Below, in pieces: positions 40,467 to 54,817 of a stretch of 64,000 bases of DNA. The DNA is from Octopus sinensis. Its lineage: Eukaryota. Position 1 is the first letter of the stretch. Every line of letters starts with the position of its first letter. Under the pieces are notes generated by a model. That model saw nothing but the letters and a program-made list of their open reading frames with translations, did not search any database and had not been told where the DNA came from. The stretch covers positions 91,946,001-92,010,000 of the forward strand of contig NC_042999.1 in the NCBI RefSeq assembly GCF_006345805.1, given 5' to 3'. A program made the position numbers and the translations under genes.

Positions 40467-40493
40467 TTATCCGGAAAATGCTTATCTATCAAG
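40467..40493 (+). other. Candidate 27-nt exon
   Basis: Acceptor cttttcttatacctatAG and donor caag|GTaaag; an upstream strong donor gga|GTAAGT at 40362 gives a 105-nt intron. Confidence 0.45.
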
Positions 40494-40641
40494 GTAAAGC
40501 ATTTTCTATCTACATTTGTCAAAGAAGAAAGGGGCAAACCATATAATCTCCTATAGCGAAATATTTAGGTTTCATATTAAAAGTGTAAGTTGTCCTCTCT
40601 CTGAAGCCACTATTATCAGGGCTATATTATAGAAGGGGCTG

Positions 40642-40684
<43 letters not shown>

Positions 40685-41310
40685 TGTGTGTGTGTGTGTG
40701 TGTGGTGTGTGTGTGTGTGTGTGTGTGCGTGCGTGTGTGTGTGTAAATAGATATATACACACATATATGATATAGTAAGTATGAATATGTGTGATTGTGT
40801 ATGCTTCCATACTGTCAGTATTCACATTGTCGTTATCATATATATCAATTCCTATTTCATCTTGTTAACTGGAGTATAGGATTTTCTTATTGAACTCCTT
40901 TTGCCGTAAAGAATAAAGAACCATGAACTAATTTCTTTTGAAATGGAAGTTTACTTCTTTTCATATGACATGCTTTAATTCGCGGGTCAGTTCACATTAC
41001 TACAGATTAGATAATTATGACATTGATTCGAAATAGAAAACATATTCCCCTGGATAAAATAAATAAAAATAGAATAGCTATAATAGGATTTGTATGATCA
41101 GAAAAAAAAAAGGAAATTGTTTTTCTCCACTAGGAGTTTTTATATCTTTTGAAGATTTTTTTATGTCAGTTTAATAAAGATGAGATACAATAATACTACA
41201 ATTTATTTCCAAATATCTGCTGGGATGCTAGTTCAAACTGGTTTTATAGTAACATGAATAAAATAAAATGTCTTTATTAAAGGAAATACATATTCCTGTT
41301 TTCGTTTCAG

Positions 41311-41382
41311 CTTCAAAAGGAATGCTAGGTCAAGTTTGACCGTGGACGAATCTGATCATGTTTCAGCACATATATTCGCAGG
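41311..41382 (+). other. Candidate 72-nt exon (open phase-2 reading FKRNARSSLTVDESDHVSAHIFAG)
   Basis: Strong acceptor tattcctgttttcgtttcAG and donor cagg|GTAAGA; frame-preserving length. Confidence 0.55.
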
Positions 41383-42512
41383 GTAAGATATTTTGAAGAG
41401 AACTAACCAATGCCCATGCAGGCATGTATTTCCTTTACACACAACGGATGTTTCTCTAATGGAAAGGCAAACAACTTAGGCCGGTACATTCTCGACATCA
41501 ATATCACCTCCACCGATGCTGTTAAAACACAAATGGAACAGATAGCGCAAAGCTATCTGTTTTTTTAATAACAGTTCTTTTAACACATCCATTCTAAATC
41601 AGCACTTTTTAATCCGCTTCAATAGGCTGATTAACGAATTTGAACTAAGATTGTAGAGAGTTGGAACAACTACCACAAGGTGTTCTGTTCAATCTTTTAC
41701 CAACTCTGCCAGTTTACCGCCGTTTGATGGAATTGTGCAATGTTATCAATAGTTTCTAGAATAGTCCAGAGATACGAGGAAGAATCTAATCGTTCATATC
41801 AACCCCTATTCTTGCTTTTTATTTCCGCCATGCCTGATGGCTCAAAAGCAGAATCGATGCAATTGGATTTGAAATAAGGACTTAAAGAAACTCAACTTTA
41901 TATTCCAAGGCCTTTTGCATCACTGCACAAGGGATTCAACTAGCTAACCTGCACCTATATAATTCTTTCTTTTATTGGCAAAATGCCTGAAATTTGGCGT
42001 GAGAGGAGCAGGTTACTACATTGAGCCTAGTATTTAACTAGTTTCTTATTTTCTCGACTCGAAGAGGATGGAAGGCAAAGTCGAACTCACCGGAATGGCT
42101 TTATATGTAATAATAGTTTTTGATGTCTTCTCCAATATTCTTATACGATACGATGAATTTCAAACATTATTTATTTATTGAGGTAAAAAGGAGAATGTAT
42201 GACCTTAAGCAGATGAGTAATATATATATATATATCTACACCACTTGATGAGATTAATTAAAAGTGAAAGACATTTATTCCTGATTGACCTTAAAAGTTT
42301 AAGGCTCTTTAAGATTCAATATTTGTCGGAGATGAATTTTCCCCATCTTCATTTGGGATTCCTTTTTCTTCCTGTTCTGTAAACATGGGCGTATATAAAG
42401 AATGGTAGAACATATTGGACGATATAGGCTGAGTTACACAAACGTCGCAAGGTTACGGGAAGAATGGTTTTGATCATAAGTCTGTCCTAGTGTTATTTTC
42501 TATTAACTAAAG

Positions 42513-42670
42513 GTGCAGGCATGAGTGTGTCGTGAGAAGTTTGCTTCCCAGCCACATGGTTCCGGGCCTCCACTGTGTGGCACCTTGAGCAAATGTCTTC
42601 TACTGTAGCCTAGGACCGACCAAAGCCTTATCAGCGTATTTCGTAGACGGAAACTGAAAGAACCATGTCG

Positions 42671-42672
<2 letters not shown>
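42513..42672 (+). mobile_element. SINE family B 5' part
   Basis: gcaggcatgagtgtgtcgtgagaagtttgcttcccagccacatggttcc..ggaccgaccaaagcc..gacggaaactgaaagaa. Confidence 0.8.
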
Positions 42673-42716
<44 letters not shown>

Positions 42717-43461
42717 TAGAGTAAGGACATAGATATTTGTAGCTGAATAGGCGGTTGTTCAAGATGAAAAGAAAGAAAAGAATACAAACACAAGAACACA
42801 TGAACACACAGAAACAAATAGACATACATATTTACATATACGCATTTACACGTATCTATCCATATATATGTATGCATACAAAGACGCATAATCCATAGAT
42901 GCGTATTTATAGGTACATACACCACTTGGTATACATCAACGTAGTGCAGGACAAAGACACATATGTAGCACCACAATCATCCCTACAACAACCAACACAG
43001 TCGCCGATGTATTTATTTTTACGTAAGAATATCATAGTTGTGTGATACCATAAACAGTTGGAATCATGAAGGATTCGAGAAGGGAATTCAAAAGCATCTT
43101 CTTTTGTAATGACAATAATATTTGATGGTAAAAATTGATTTATTTCCTATAATTCACTAAGAACTAATCAACTCTATTCACAGATATCGTATCGGCTTTA
43201 GATATTGTAAACATCATTCAGCAGTCGATATATTTATTGAGATACGATAAAAATTACTTTCATCGTTGTTTCTGTGTCTTCCCTTTACAAAGGATCAAGC
43301 TTCTGGATTTCATGTTTCCTTTAACTTGCTCCTCTTCTTATTCACTCTCCTGGAGCCTCCAGCCCCATTTCCTATTATATAATAATTATATAACAATAAT
43401 TACATAATAATAATAATGATGATGATGATGATGATGATAATAATAATAATTATTATTATTA

Positions 43462-43912
43462 TAACCCTTTCTACTAAAGACACAAGGCCTGGGATTTTGG
43501 GGGAGGGAAATAGTCGATTACATCGACCCCAGTGTTTCACTGGTACTTAATTTGTCGACTCCGAAAGAATGAAAGGCAAAGTTGACCGCGGTGTAATTTG
43601 AACTCAGGACGTAGCGACGGGCGAAATACTGCTAAGCATTTCTTCCAGCGTGCTAATGACTCTGCCAATTCGTCGCCTAAGTAATAATAATAATGGTAAT
43701 CCTATCTATTATAGGCACAAGGCCTGGAATTTGCGGAAGGAGGACTAGTCGATTACATAGACCCCAGTATTTCACTGGTACTTATTTCATCGACCTCGAA
43801 AGGATGAAAAGTAAAGTCGACCTCAGTGGAATTTGAACTCAGAACGTAGCGACGGACGAAATGCCGCTAAGCATTTGCCCGGCATGCTACCGATTCTGCC
43901 ACCTCGCCGCCT
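43462..43912 (-). mobile_element. Two tandem SINE family A monomers with (AAT)n tails
   Basis: About 43462-43680 and 43700-43912; each has the tail cacaaggcctg, the core gtcgac..atttgaactcag and a head. Confidence 0.85.
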
Positions 43913-44259
43913 GAATACCACTACAAGTGAATTCTACACATCATGAATTCTTACGTGCCTGGCTATTGTCCTATAGTGATTCTCTTCCACAAGAAAGGTA
44001 CCTTTCACTAACTCGAATCACGTCGCCACATTTTCAAGTGATTTATATGTTTCTTTTATTTTCTCTCATAAAGCACAAATAGTCTGAAAGGTAAACATCT
44101 TAATTCATTTTCTTCGTTCGTTTGTATAACTATTAGCTCAAATTAGTATAGCCATTCATTGTGAGTTTTTGCTTTGTTTTACGATACTTCTTTTTGTGGT
44201 TGCGAGTGTTTGTGTTTCTATGCGTACATATTTCTGTATGTGTGTGTATACACACGCAC

Positions 44260-44435
44260 ATATATATATATAACTACACACACGCACCTACATAGGCACA
44301 AATATATATATATGTGTGTGTGTGTGTGTATGTGTGTGTGTGTGATATATGCATAAATATATATATACATACATACACTTATATATATATGTATATATAT
44401 ATGTATATATACATATGTATATATATGTATGTATA

Positions 44436-44470
<35 letters not shown>

Positions 44471-44472
44471 AC

Positions 44473-44534
<62 letters not shown>

Positions 44535-44640
44535 ATAGATAGATAGACAGACAGACAGACATATATAAGTACATATACATACACCCATTCATATAGCTGT
44601 ACGTATGTGTTTGTGAGCATGTGTATGCGTGTATGTAAAT
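44260..44640. repeat. (TA)n/(TG)n/(GATA)n compound microsatellite
   Basis: Seen directly. Confidence 0.95.
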
Positions 44641-45154
44641 TAATGAACTGTTTTTAATTCCCTAAGTTTTTAATACAATAAAACTCAATTTTATTTCTGT
44701 GTTTATGTCAATTTAATTATATAATATATGTTCTCGTGATTATATTATCTCTCCTAATGATGCCATACTAAAACTAATTCCAAAATTGGGAATCTGATTT
44801 CAAAGCAATTAAAATTCAACGAAGGATTATTGAAGACACGACGAAACCAATTCTTTTTCCTGTAGTTGCCAGTTAAATATTTCTAAATCTCGGCTAATTT
44901 GTTTTTCAAGAAAGACTAAACTTTATTTTACTTGTATACGTAAACCTTTTGCGGGATTACATTTGTAATTTCCATTTTTAATGGCTTAACCAGAGGAGGA
45001 ACGGTTGCACACATAATTTTGTGAGTGGCCCTGGAGACGGATGGCTGAACCAGAGCTCAATGGTTATATTCAAATCGTGATCACATTCGGATTTTTCGAA
45101 CAAGTATGTCTCAAATAAATGACCTCCTCATCGTGTTAAATCATATGATATATC

Positions 45155-45390
45155 TTAAGTTAAGTTAAGTTAATTTTTTGGCTCAAAAAGCAAAAAGCAA
45201 GGCCATGTAGGGGGACATGAAGTTGTGTACAGCGAGGGTCTTCATGCAAATAGTTCAGGCCATTTCTGGTCAAGAGAGACTTTGAACGGGGCGTCGTCGG
45301 CATCTTCACTATGTCGTCCGGCAGCTTATTCCACGGATCCGCAACCCGGACGGAGAGAGCCCCTCTCCTTCGATTGAGATGAAATCATCG
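45155..45390 (-). pseudogene. CR1 LINE extreme 3' fragment with (AACTT)n tail
   Basis: Minus-strand reading ..RVADPWNKLPDDIVKMPT.., a typical CR1 C-terminal WNxLP motif, with aagttaagttaagtt tail at 45156-45172. Confidence 0.75.
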
Positions 45391-45810
45391 CAGATAGAGC
45401 TATGTGTTCTCACTTTCACGAACATTTGAACTCACTGAATTTTTCAGTCTACGCAGTCCCATTCAGAAAACATGTTTAAAATACGAACATCTGGCAGTAG
45501 ACACTTGCCTAAGATACAGCTTTAAGCGTTGACAGATCAGTTTTGATGCGCACTCCATAAACATGCATTATGATTGTCTGTGTAGATAAACATACCCGAA
45601 TACGCCCCCCACCACACACACAGACTCAGAGACACATACACATACATACACTAAAACACACGCTCACACACATATATACGAACTTAATATACATATATAA
45701 TATACATGCGCGTATTTGTATCAAAGCACTAATGGACGCATGCTTCACTCTTCCTCTCTTTCTCTGTCTCTACCTGTCCGTCTGTCTGTCTCTCTGTCAG
45801 CCTATCTGTC

Positions 45811-45872
<62 letters not shown>

Positions 45873-46213
45873 CACTCTCTCTAAATATATTGCATCGTGC
45901 AGGACCTGGTAATTTCTATTACAATACGTTAATTGTTTTTGGAGCCTGTGTCGTTTCGAGGAGATACAGATACCCCTTAGCTCCCTACTCTTAACCTAGG
46001 GGAGAATCATGAATGTAATAATTGGAGGGAGAGAATTTTTTATCCGTGCTATGTTCGTATTCATCTCCAATTTAGAAGACTGAAGCAACGGGAAATAAAG
46101 TGCCGAATTGCTCGAGGTCACAGTGCGCCGTTCAGGAATCGAAATCAGCTCCCTAAACGCTAGATCTCTTGATGTCCGTATATAAATATATGCGTGACTA
46201 AATATATATATAT

Positions 46214-46256
<43 letters not shown>

Positions 46257-46257
<1 letters not shown>

Positions 46258-46518
46258 CTAGCAAATGAACCCGGTTTCACCCGGTTGGTTTGGATGATGT
46301 GACTGTAAAGCCTGCTCTGTGTTGTTTGGACAGGCTTAAGCTAACAAAAAACTTTTTTTTTCTGTCAGAACGCTAAAAATAACTGACCAACAAAAAAAAA
46401 ACAACCGAGATTCAACCAAATCAAAAAAATAAACCGAAATACTAATCGGACAAAGATGAAGCATCTCACTTCCATTGCGCGCGCACACGGACACACACAA
46501 ACGCACACACACACACAT

Positions 46519-46549
<31 letters not shown>

Positions 46550-46570
46550 CATTCACATACCCCCTTTTAC
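46257..46570 (+). mobile_element. Non-autonomous Helitron/Helentron-like element
   Basis: Begins actagcaaatgaacccggtttcacccgg (ACTAG plus subterminal palindrome, as in HINE/DINE-type elements) and ends in a (CA)n tract. Confidence 0.45.
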
Positions 46571-46998
46571 ATACACGCACATATTCACACAGAGTTGAAA
46601 TGGTGTTTGATTTATTTTTTCATCGTACAATTTTCATCATCCCACTACCAAGTATGACAATACTCCTTCCTTCCTTATTCATCTATCACTTCCTTTCTTA
46701 TCTCTTCCTTTCTTATTCTATCTCTTCCTTTCTTATTCATAAACACAAGACTATTATTATAGTAGATTATCTCGGTAACCATGGGGCCTATGAAAAAATA
46801 CAAAGCCCAGCATCTACACATCTGTGTAATTTTTCGCGCAATTCCATCCACCCGTATCACCGTGAATCCCAAGACAAGAAAGAATGTCAAATTTATATGT
46901 CTATGTGTGTGTGTGTGTGTGTGTGTATGTGTGTGTATGTATGTATTATGTATATATGTGTGTATGTGTGTGTGTGCGGACAGACAAACAGACAGAAT

Positions 46999-47069
<71 letters not shown>

Positions 47070-47106
47070 TGATAGATAGATTGATAGATAGATAAATAGA
47101 TAGATA

Positions 47107-47400
47107 GGATTTAATCGTGTCGCTCCGTCGCTCTTACGCTATTGGTAACATTTAAGCCAGTACAGCATGGTGCGTGGTCAGGTCATCCGAGACTAAACTG
47201 GCAACCCCCACTAAGCTTGCACCGTAAGGTGCGAAAATTTTGGGCACCCTGAGGGTTGTAAAACAAGACCCATTAACAGGTGCATGAACGCAGGGGAGTG
47301 AACCGCTATTCAGTTTTGTCGAGGTTAATTACTGATCACCAATAGCTGTGTAGGCAATCCATCGAGGAGAAGACGATCTCCGCGAGTACTTGCAAAAGGT
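47107..47400 (+). mobile_element. RTE-type 5' UTR remnant containing an HDV-ribozyme-like fold
   Basis: gccagt (47156-47161) pairs with actggc (47197-47202); the segment resembles 50385-50430. Confidence 0.45.
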
Positions 47401-48609
47401 TGATACTATTTTACACAGAAAATTATGACGTGAAAATGCTATAGATTCCTCCACGGACGGCTGTTAATAATAAAAATAATGCGTGTGTGTGTGTGTGTCT
47501 ATAATCCGGACGAGAAATATTTTTTCTGTCGGTCTTCATAATATATTATATATTGGATGGTTTCGCCTGTTCTGGGCAGTTATTGTCTGCTTTGCGTGTA
47601 GTTTAATGTCATTTACTGATTGTTCTTTTGTTTTGCGTGTGGCATTATCTGAGACATCTGTGAGTATTGTTTTTATAGCTTCGTTTTCTTTATTCTTTTG
47701 TTGTAGTTTTGTTTATGATTTGGATGTTAGCATATTCTAGATTATTAAATCCAGGAAGTTTTTAGATAAGCTCGAAAAGTTTTACGTAACACAAACTTTG
47801 CATATGTGTGATTTCTTTACACTGTATACAAATCTAGATTTAAAATACTGGCAGACGATATTTAGCATAATTTTCATAGTGTATGATGAGTATTATAAAT
47901 TAGGCATCCATTTAAAATGGAGATCTTATTTTACTTTTCTCCAGCAGTTGGTGGAATAAATTTACTAATTTAACTAATGGCAGATTAAAGGAGCTGGGTA
48001 GTTTTATTATTAATATCACAAACATTGATATGTTGATTTTATTCTTAAGATATTTAAACATGTTAAAGGCACTCCTGTACCTACAGAGAAATATTGGTTT
48101 AGTTAAGCTGCTAAATGGCTGCTGCAGATATATTAATGGTATTTTATTCCTAAATACAACTATTTTTAATATTTGCTAGTTGAAACACCCCCAAGAGATC
48201 GCGTAGCAATAGGAATGGGGACACAGTGAATGCGGCTAATAATGTTAAATTAGTATCGATGATAAGTTATTAGCGTTTGTAATAAAAACTGGTAGCAACT
48301 TTGTTCTGAGCATTGGGTAGAACTCCCGTTAAGGATAGGGTATGATGGGCTCTCCAGTCAAGTTTAGTCGCTAGAACTATATAGATGATGTATTTATAGC
48401 TAAAGTCGAGCTGTTAATGAAACAAATGGGAAAATATGGATATATCAGGAAATTATCACTTAATAGATTTAAGTATTGCTTCGGAAAATAATTTAAGTTT
48501 AAAAAAAAAAACTTGAGGAAAATTTTTATCTGGAATTTCGTATGAGTGTTTGAAATGATTAAGTATTATTTTAATTGTTGCCTTGCAACTGTTTCATTAT
48601 TTTGCGAGT

Positions 48610-48655
48610 ATGCAAATTATCATGTATGATGTCACTTCCGCCAAATTCTATAAAA
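48610..48655 (+). promoter_or_regulatory. Candidate core promoter: octamer, ATF/CRE-like site, ETS site and TATA box
   Basis: ATGCAAAT 48610-48617, TGATGTCA 48627-48634, ACTTCCG 48634-48640 and TATAAAA 48649-48655, all within 46 bp of non-repetitive DNA. Confidence 0.4.
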
Positions 48656-49869
48656 GGTTGGTAGGGTAAGCATTAACTGACCACGTTGCACCTGGGTGAT
48701 ATGTTCCTTATCTGAAGAATACTTTCGGTACGGTTGGTTAGTTTTAGTCATTCTTTCACGTTTTAAACATGACAATGTCCGTTTTGGTTCATTTCCTTTA
48801 ATCTGTTGATTAGTGGTTCTAGAATACCGTATTCCACTGTTTTTGGTAAGGTATGTTACTTCGGGAAGCTGCAGTATGATAATCTTTTGCTAATTTTTAT
48901 TTTTCTGTATTCTATTGATTTATATGTTTACAACTTACTCTTTTCTTTATGTATCTTTAATAAATTCTGTTTGCTACATTTTATATGCTTCTATATCATT
49001 CATTTATGTTATATTTTATGTTTTTATTTGGTGATCTATTTGTGTTTTGCAACTATAGACAAGTATCGACTTAATAAATACACTAAGTTAAAGTTGGACT
49101 TTTGTTTCTGTACATTTTCGACACTGTCAACAACACTGGATTAAATAAAATGGAATCGAAAGTACAACGTTATCCATTTGGCAACTGTAAATGGGTTTTA
49201 TATCTTGGTCATGTTCGTTATTTTGTATGTTTTTCGTTGTATTCACTTTATATCATATACTCTCATTTTTTCCGAGGTTTCCTTCGTTGACATTGTATTA
49301 TACTTTTTGGTGGGTTTGCTGCACATCCTCCCTCCCCCCCCGCACACATGCACACACTTACAGGAACAAAGACGCTCTTATATAGATACATGCATAAATA
49401 CATAACATACACACACACATGTAAAAATGCATAATATTAGCAAGCATGTATGTATATATATATGTATGTATACCTGCATGTAAGTATATATCTTTGCAGC
49501 CAAAACGAAATCCGATAACAAAACATGTAACAGGATTGTTCCTCGACATATTACGCTGAGTATAGTGAATCAGTATCAGCAGTTTCTATTCCATTGCCAG
49601 TGAGAAACTTTACGCAGTATTCTCTTTTCCTTTACATTTACCGTATTACAGTAGTAATTATAGTATTATAGTAATAATCTCTGTAGCTAAAACAGAATGC
49701 ACGACGAACAATCTGTTCATTATGCGCCTCTCTTCCCGTGCTCTTAGCGTCTAACTTCACAGACAATCGTATACTTTCGTCCACAGTGTATCTTCCCAGC
49801 TAGAGGTGCATCCTCAGCTCGTAATTTTCCCCTGCTGCTTGGGGAACCGTCAGAAACCTCCAGCTGAAA

Positions 49870-51560
<1,691 letters not shown>

Positions 51561-52559
51561 CTGATATCGATGTGTTTATGATGGATATGATAAATGTGTA
51601 TATTGATAAGATTTTATTGTATTTACACTGATGTAAATACTTTGATATTACATGGCGTAGAAATGTAATCATTACATCATGTTGTAGCAATTCCAAGACA
51701 CCGTTTTCGTTGATTCTGTTACTGCAATCATTTTATTTCTTTTGTCTTCGTAAACAAATTTTTAATTATCCTTGTATACAACTATCCAAATCAATGAAAT
51801 GTTAAGACTTTGTAAGAACTCAATTGTTCTCAGAATGGCGCGGTCGATGAACTTGATGTCCAGCGTTTTTAGTTACGTTGCCATGGGTGTGTGGCAACAA
51901 TTCTCTCTACGTAATCACAAGATTCCAATTTGGGCTGGTGGATAAGTTTTAGCCTCTCGAGGGCGTATTTATGAGTGATGGCAAGCAGAATATTGAACTG
52001 GATGTTAGAATTTAGGTGTTGGCAGAGTAATGCGCCAGCTTCAGCATTCTATCTTCATGGTCATGAGTGTTTGGTAATGACCGAAAGAGTTCGATCGCAA
52101 ATACCAGCCGCCGTAAAGGATTCCATCCAAAAGACTTTTGGAGAACATCACTCAACAAAGCGCGCAGCTCGGAAATCAGCGAATCTCGCTAGGTAAGTCT
52201 GCTACCTCGCCGTATTGAGAAGTCACAACTCCACTACTACGGACTTGTGATTAATATATGGAAACCACACTGTTCTCCAGCTAGCTTGAACTCAACAATT
52301 TCCCAAAATCTCTTCTCTAGACACCTAAGGTAGACGTTCCCTCTTCTTTTTTCAATTGGGATTAACACTACAGATTGTCATTACCTTGGTATTAGTCTTT
52401 GACCATAGATCCAACATGGGTCCACCAGAAGATTTTATAGTTACTGGATGTAAGAAAACTGCGAAGTATTCCCCCCACCATTTTAAGATGCTCTTTTCTG
52501 TGGAGAGAAAATATCAGCTGAGACCTTAATGGTTACTGTGAAAAGTTTTCTTGTTACGA

Positions 52560-52880
52560 AGTTGACGGCTGGTCTGCTAAAACATAATGCGGATGGAGAG
52601 GCATTACTTGATTTCTGTGCTAGATATTCTCTATTACGAACATCTTAAGTATGTTCGTAAGCATACTTGGTATTGGAATAATTTACGACGGAAGTCACTG
52701 ATAGATTTTGCTATCGTTTCGCAACTCTTTGATGTGTGCTGGACGCTCATGTAAAGGAAAGGGATACGCTATCACCTGATCGCTACCTACCTAGTTGTCT
52801 GCAGCTTAAGACTATCTACAACAGGAAGAAAAACTCACAAAACTGGTAAGTCCGCAGCGATTAAGCAACACTGGGATTAA
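52560..52880 (+). pseudogene. RTE (Rex3/Expander-like) APE fragment
   Basis: NADGEALLDFCARYSL..RKHTWY..RKSLIDFAIVS..VLDAHVKERDTLSPD..LVVCSLR. Confidence 0.65.
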
Positions 52881-53268
52881 GCAACACTGACCTTAGATCT
52901 TCCTCTGATTAAAATATACATTTCGATGCCGCTTTATACATCGTGGAGAACCGATTCGTTCGAAAGTAGGAGCAAGGTGGATGATGGAATGAACTTGTTT
53001 GACATTATACACTAGTTGCTAAATTATAGATGCAGAAAAAATCCTTCACGTAATGGGTTAGTGATAATAGTGTAGTAGTAGGTGAGGTTAGCTTCAGTAA
53101 TTTGTTGAGTAAAAACTTCGCAAATTAGCCAAGTGAATTAGCAGTCTTAGTTCTTCATGTATTGCTTTGCCTCAGGTCAGCACTAACCGAGAAAACCTAT
53201 GATCAAAAGCGTTGTAATTTAAATTTATAACATTAATTAAATCAATTAGGTGTACTTACGTTTCATAT

Positions 53269-53356
<88 letters not shown>

Positions 53357-53936
53357 AGTGTATGCAACCTAAAGCACTTACAAAACAGAAAACAAGCAAG
53401 TTAATTTTTCCTCTTTAAGAAACCTGAGCAAACATTTTCTCTGAATTGATATTTTAAGTGTTCAAGAAAGTCCAGAATATAGTCTTAAATATATTAAGTG
53501 TACTTCACTTCAGAATACATTCGATATGTTTGTATCTTGGTAAGTTTGAATATGTTCAAAATGATATTTTTTATGTTTTCCCAGGTAATTTTATGTTTTC
53601 CCAGGTAATTTCCGGAATTTTCGGATTTCGTGTGTGTTCTTCTCGCTTTCTGAAGACTAGATACTCAAGAGTGCTGCTGAGATAGTTACACGTGCAGCAA
53701 ACACAGGTATAAATCTAAAGTTATATTATAGGTATAACTCTAAAGTTATATTATATACATAGGTATAAATCTAAAGTTAGATTTCTCTTTAGATCGACAT
53801 AGATGTTTTGTCGTAAGTGCTATGTTAAAGGATGCTGATTTCTGTCTACTACAGTTAACTTCTAACTTTTACTTGTCTTTATATACTTGCTATGGCAACA
53901 GTCCGGATATTTATTGATCAGACCTACCTTGTGTAT

Positions 53937-54410
53937 GTACAGAGTGCGGTGAATAAACTGTCGTCAAAATTATGCAAATATGACAATAACACTAACATCT
54001 CATTTTAACAGATATATTTACCAAAATTATATAAAAATATCTTGAAATACTAAAAAGTAAATTTATTGAATAAAATCGCCATTGGCTTGAACGACGACCT
54101 CCAGACAACTTCAGAATCTTCAGCAACTCTTCTGAGCAGTCTTCTTGTTTAAGTTGATGAATGCTGTCATAATCCTTGCCTTCAGTTCATCTTTTTTGCT
54201 GGTCTCTCGCTCAAATGCGCCCCACACATAATAATCGAGGAGGTTGCAGTCTGGGAGGTTATGTGGACAGATGTTAGGAGTGATGTGGTCGCAGAAATTG
54301 TCTCAGAGCCATGATTGGGTTCTCCTGCTTGTGTGACATGGTGCAGAGTGCTGTTGCCCTTTCTGAAACTAAGTCTTCTTACTGTTTCCAAGTAAAAGAT
54401 AACACATTCA
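53937..54410 (-). pseudogene. Tc1/mariner transposase C-terminal fragment with one end
   Basis: Minus-strand decayed WQQ.SAP.H (54339-54358), NI.P.N.PDCN.L (54240-54275) and RF.S.LEVVVQANG (54079-54118). Confidence 0.8.
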
Positions 54411-54519
54411 CGCACATATGCATTTGATTGCACTTGCATGCGTATTTATGAGTGTAGTATGTACATGTATGTGTGTGTGTATGTGTGTGTATGTGCCTCT
54501 CTGTGCGTGTGCATATATA

Positions 54520-54668
54520 TGGCTGCTTAGTAAAGTATTTACTTTCCTAGTACATGGTTGTGGGTTCAGTACCATTGCGTAACAAATTATGTAAGTGTCG
54601 TATACTATAGCCCCGTGGTGAGCAAAACCTTGTGAGTGGATTTGGTAGGGCAAAGTGAAAGAAGTCTG

Positions 54669-54743
<75 letters not shown>

Positions 54744-54817
54744 TGCGTATGTGTATTTCTCTCTGTGTTTGTCTGCCAGAAACGCTTGACAATCGGTGCT
54801 GGTTTGTTTACGTCCTG
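54520..54817 (+). mobile_element. SINE family B, decayed
   Basis: catggttgtgggttcagtaccattgcg..aaaccttgtgagtggatttggtag..(GT)n..cttgacaatcggtgctggtttgtttacgtcc. Confidence 0.7.

Noticed and set aside
41538-41562. 10-bp stem hairpin aacagatagc-gcaaa-gctatctgtt followed by Ts (rho-independent terminator-like)
   Set aside because: Eukaryotic context and an isolated short hairpin; no supporting gene.
44994-45103. Exon-like segment with cAG acceptor and GTATGT donor
   Set aside because: All three frames contain stops and the acceptor tract is weak; could only be non-coding.
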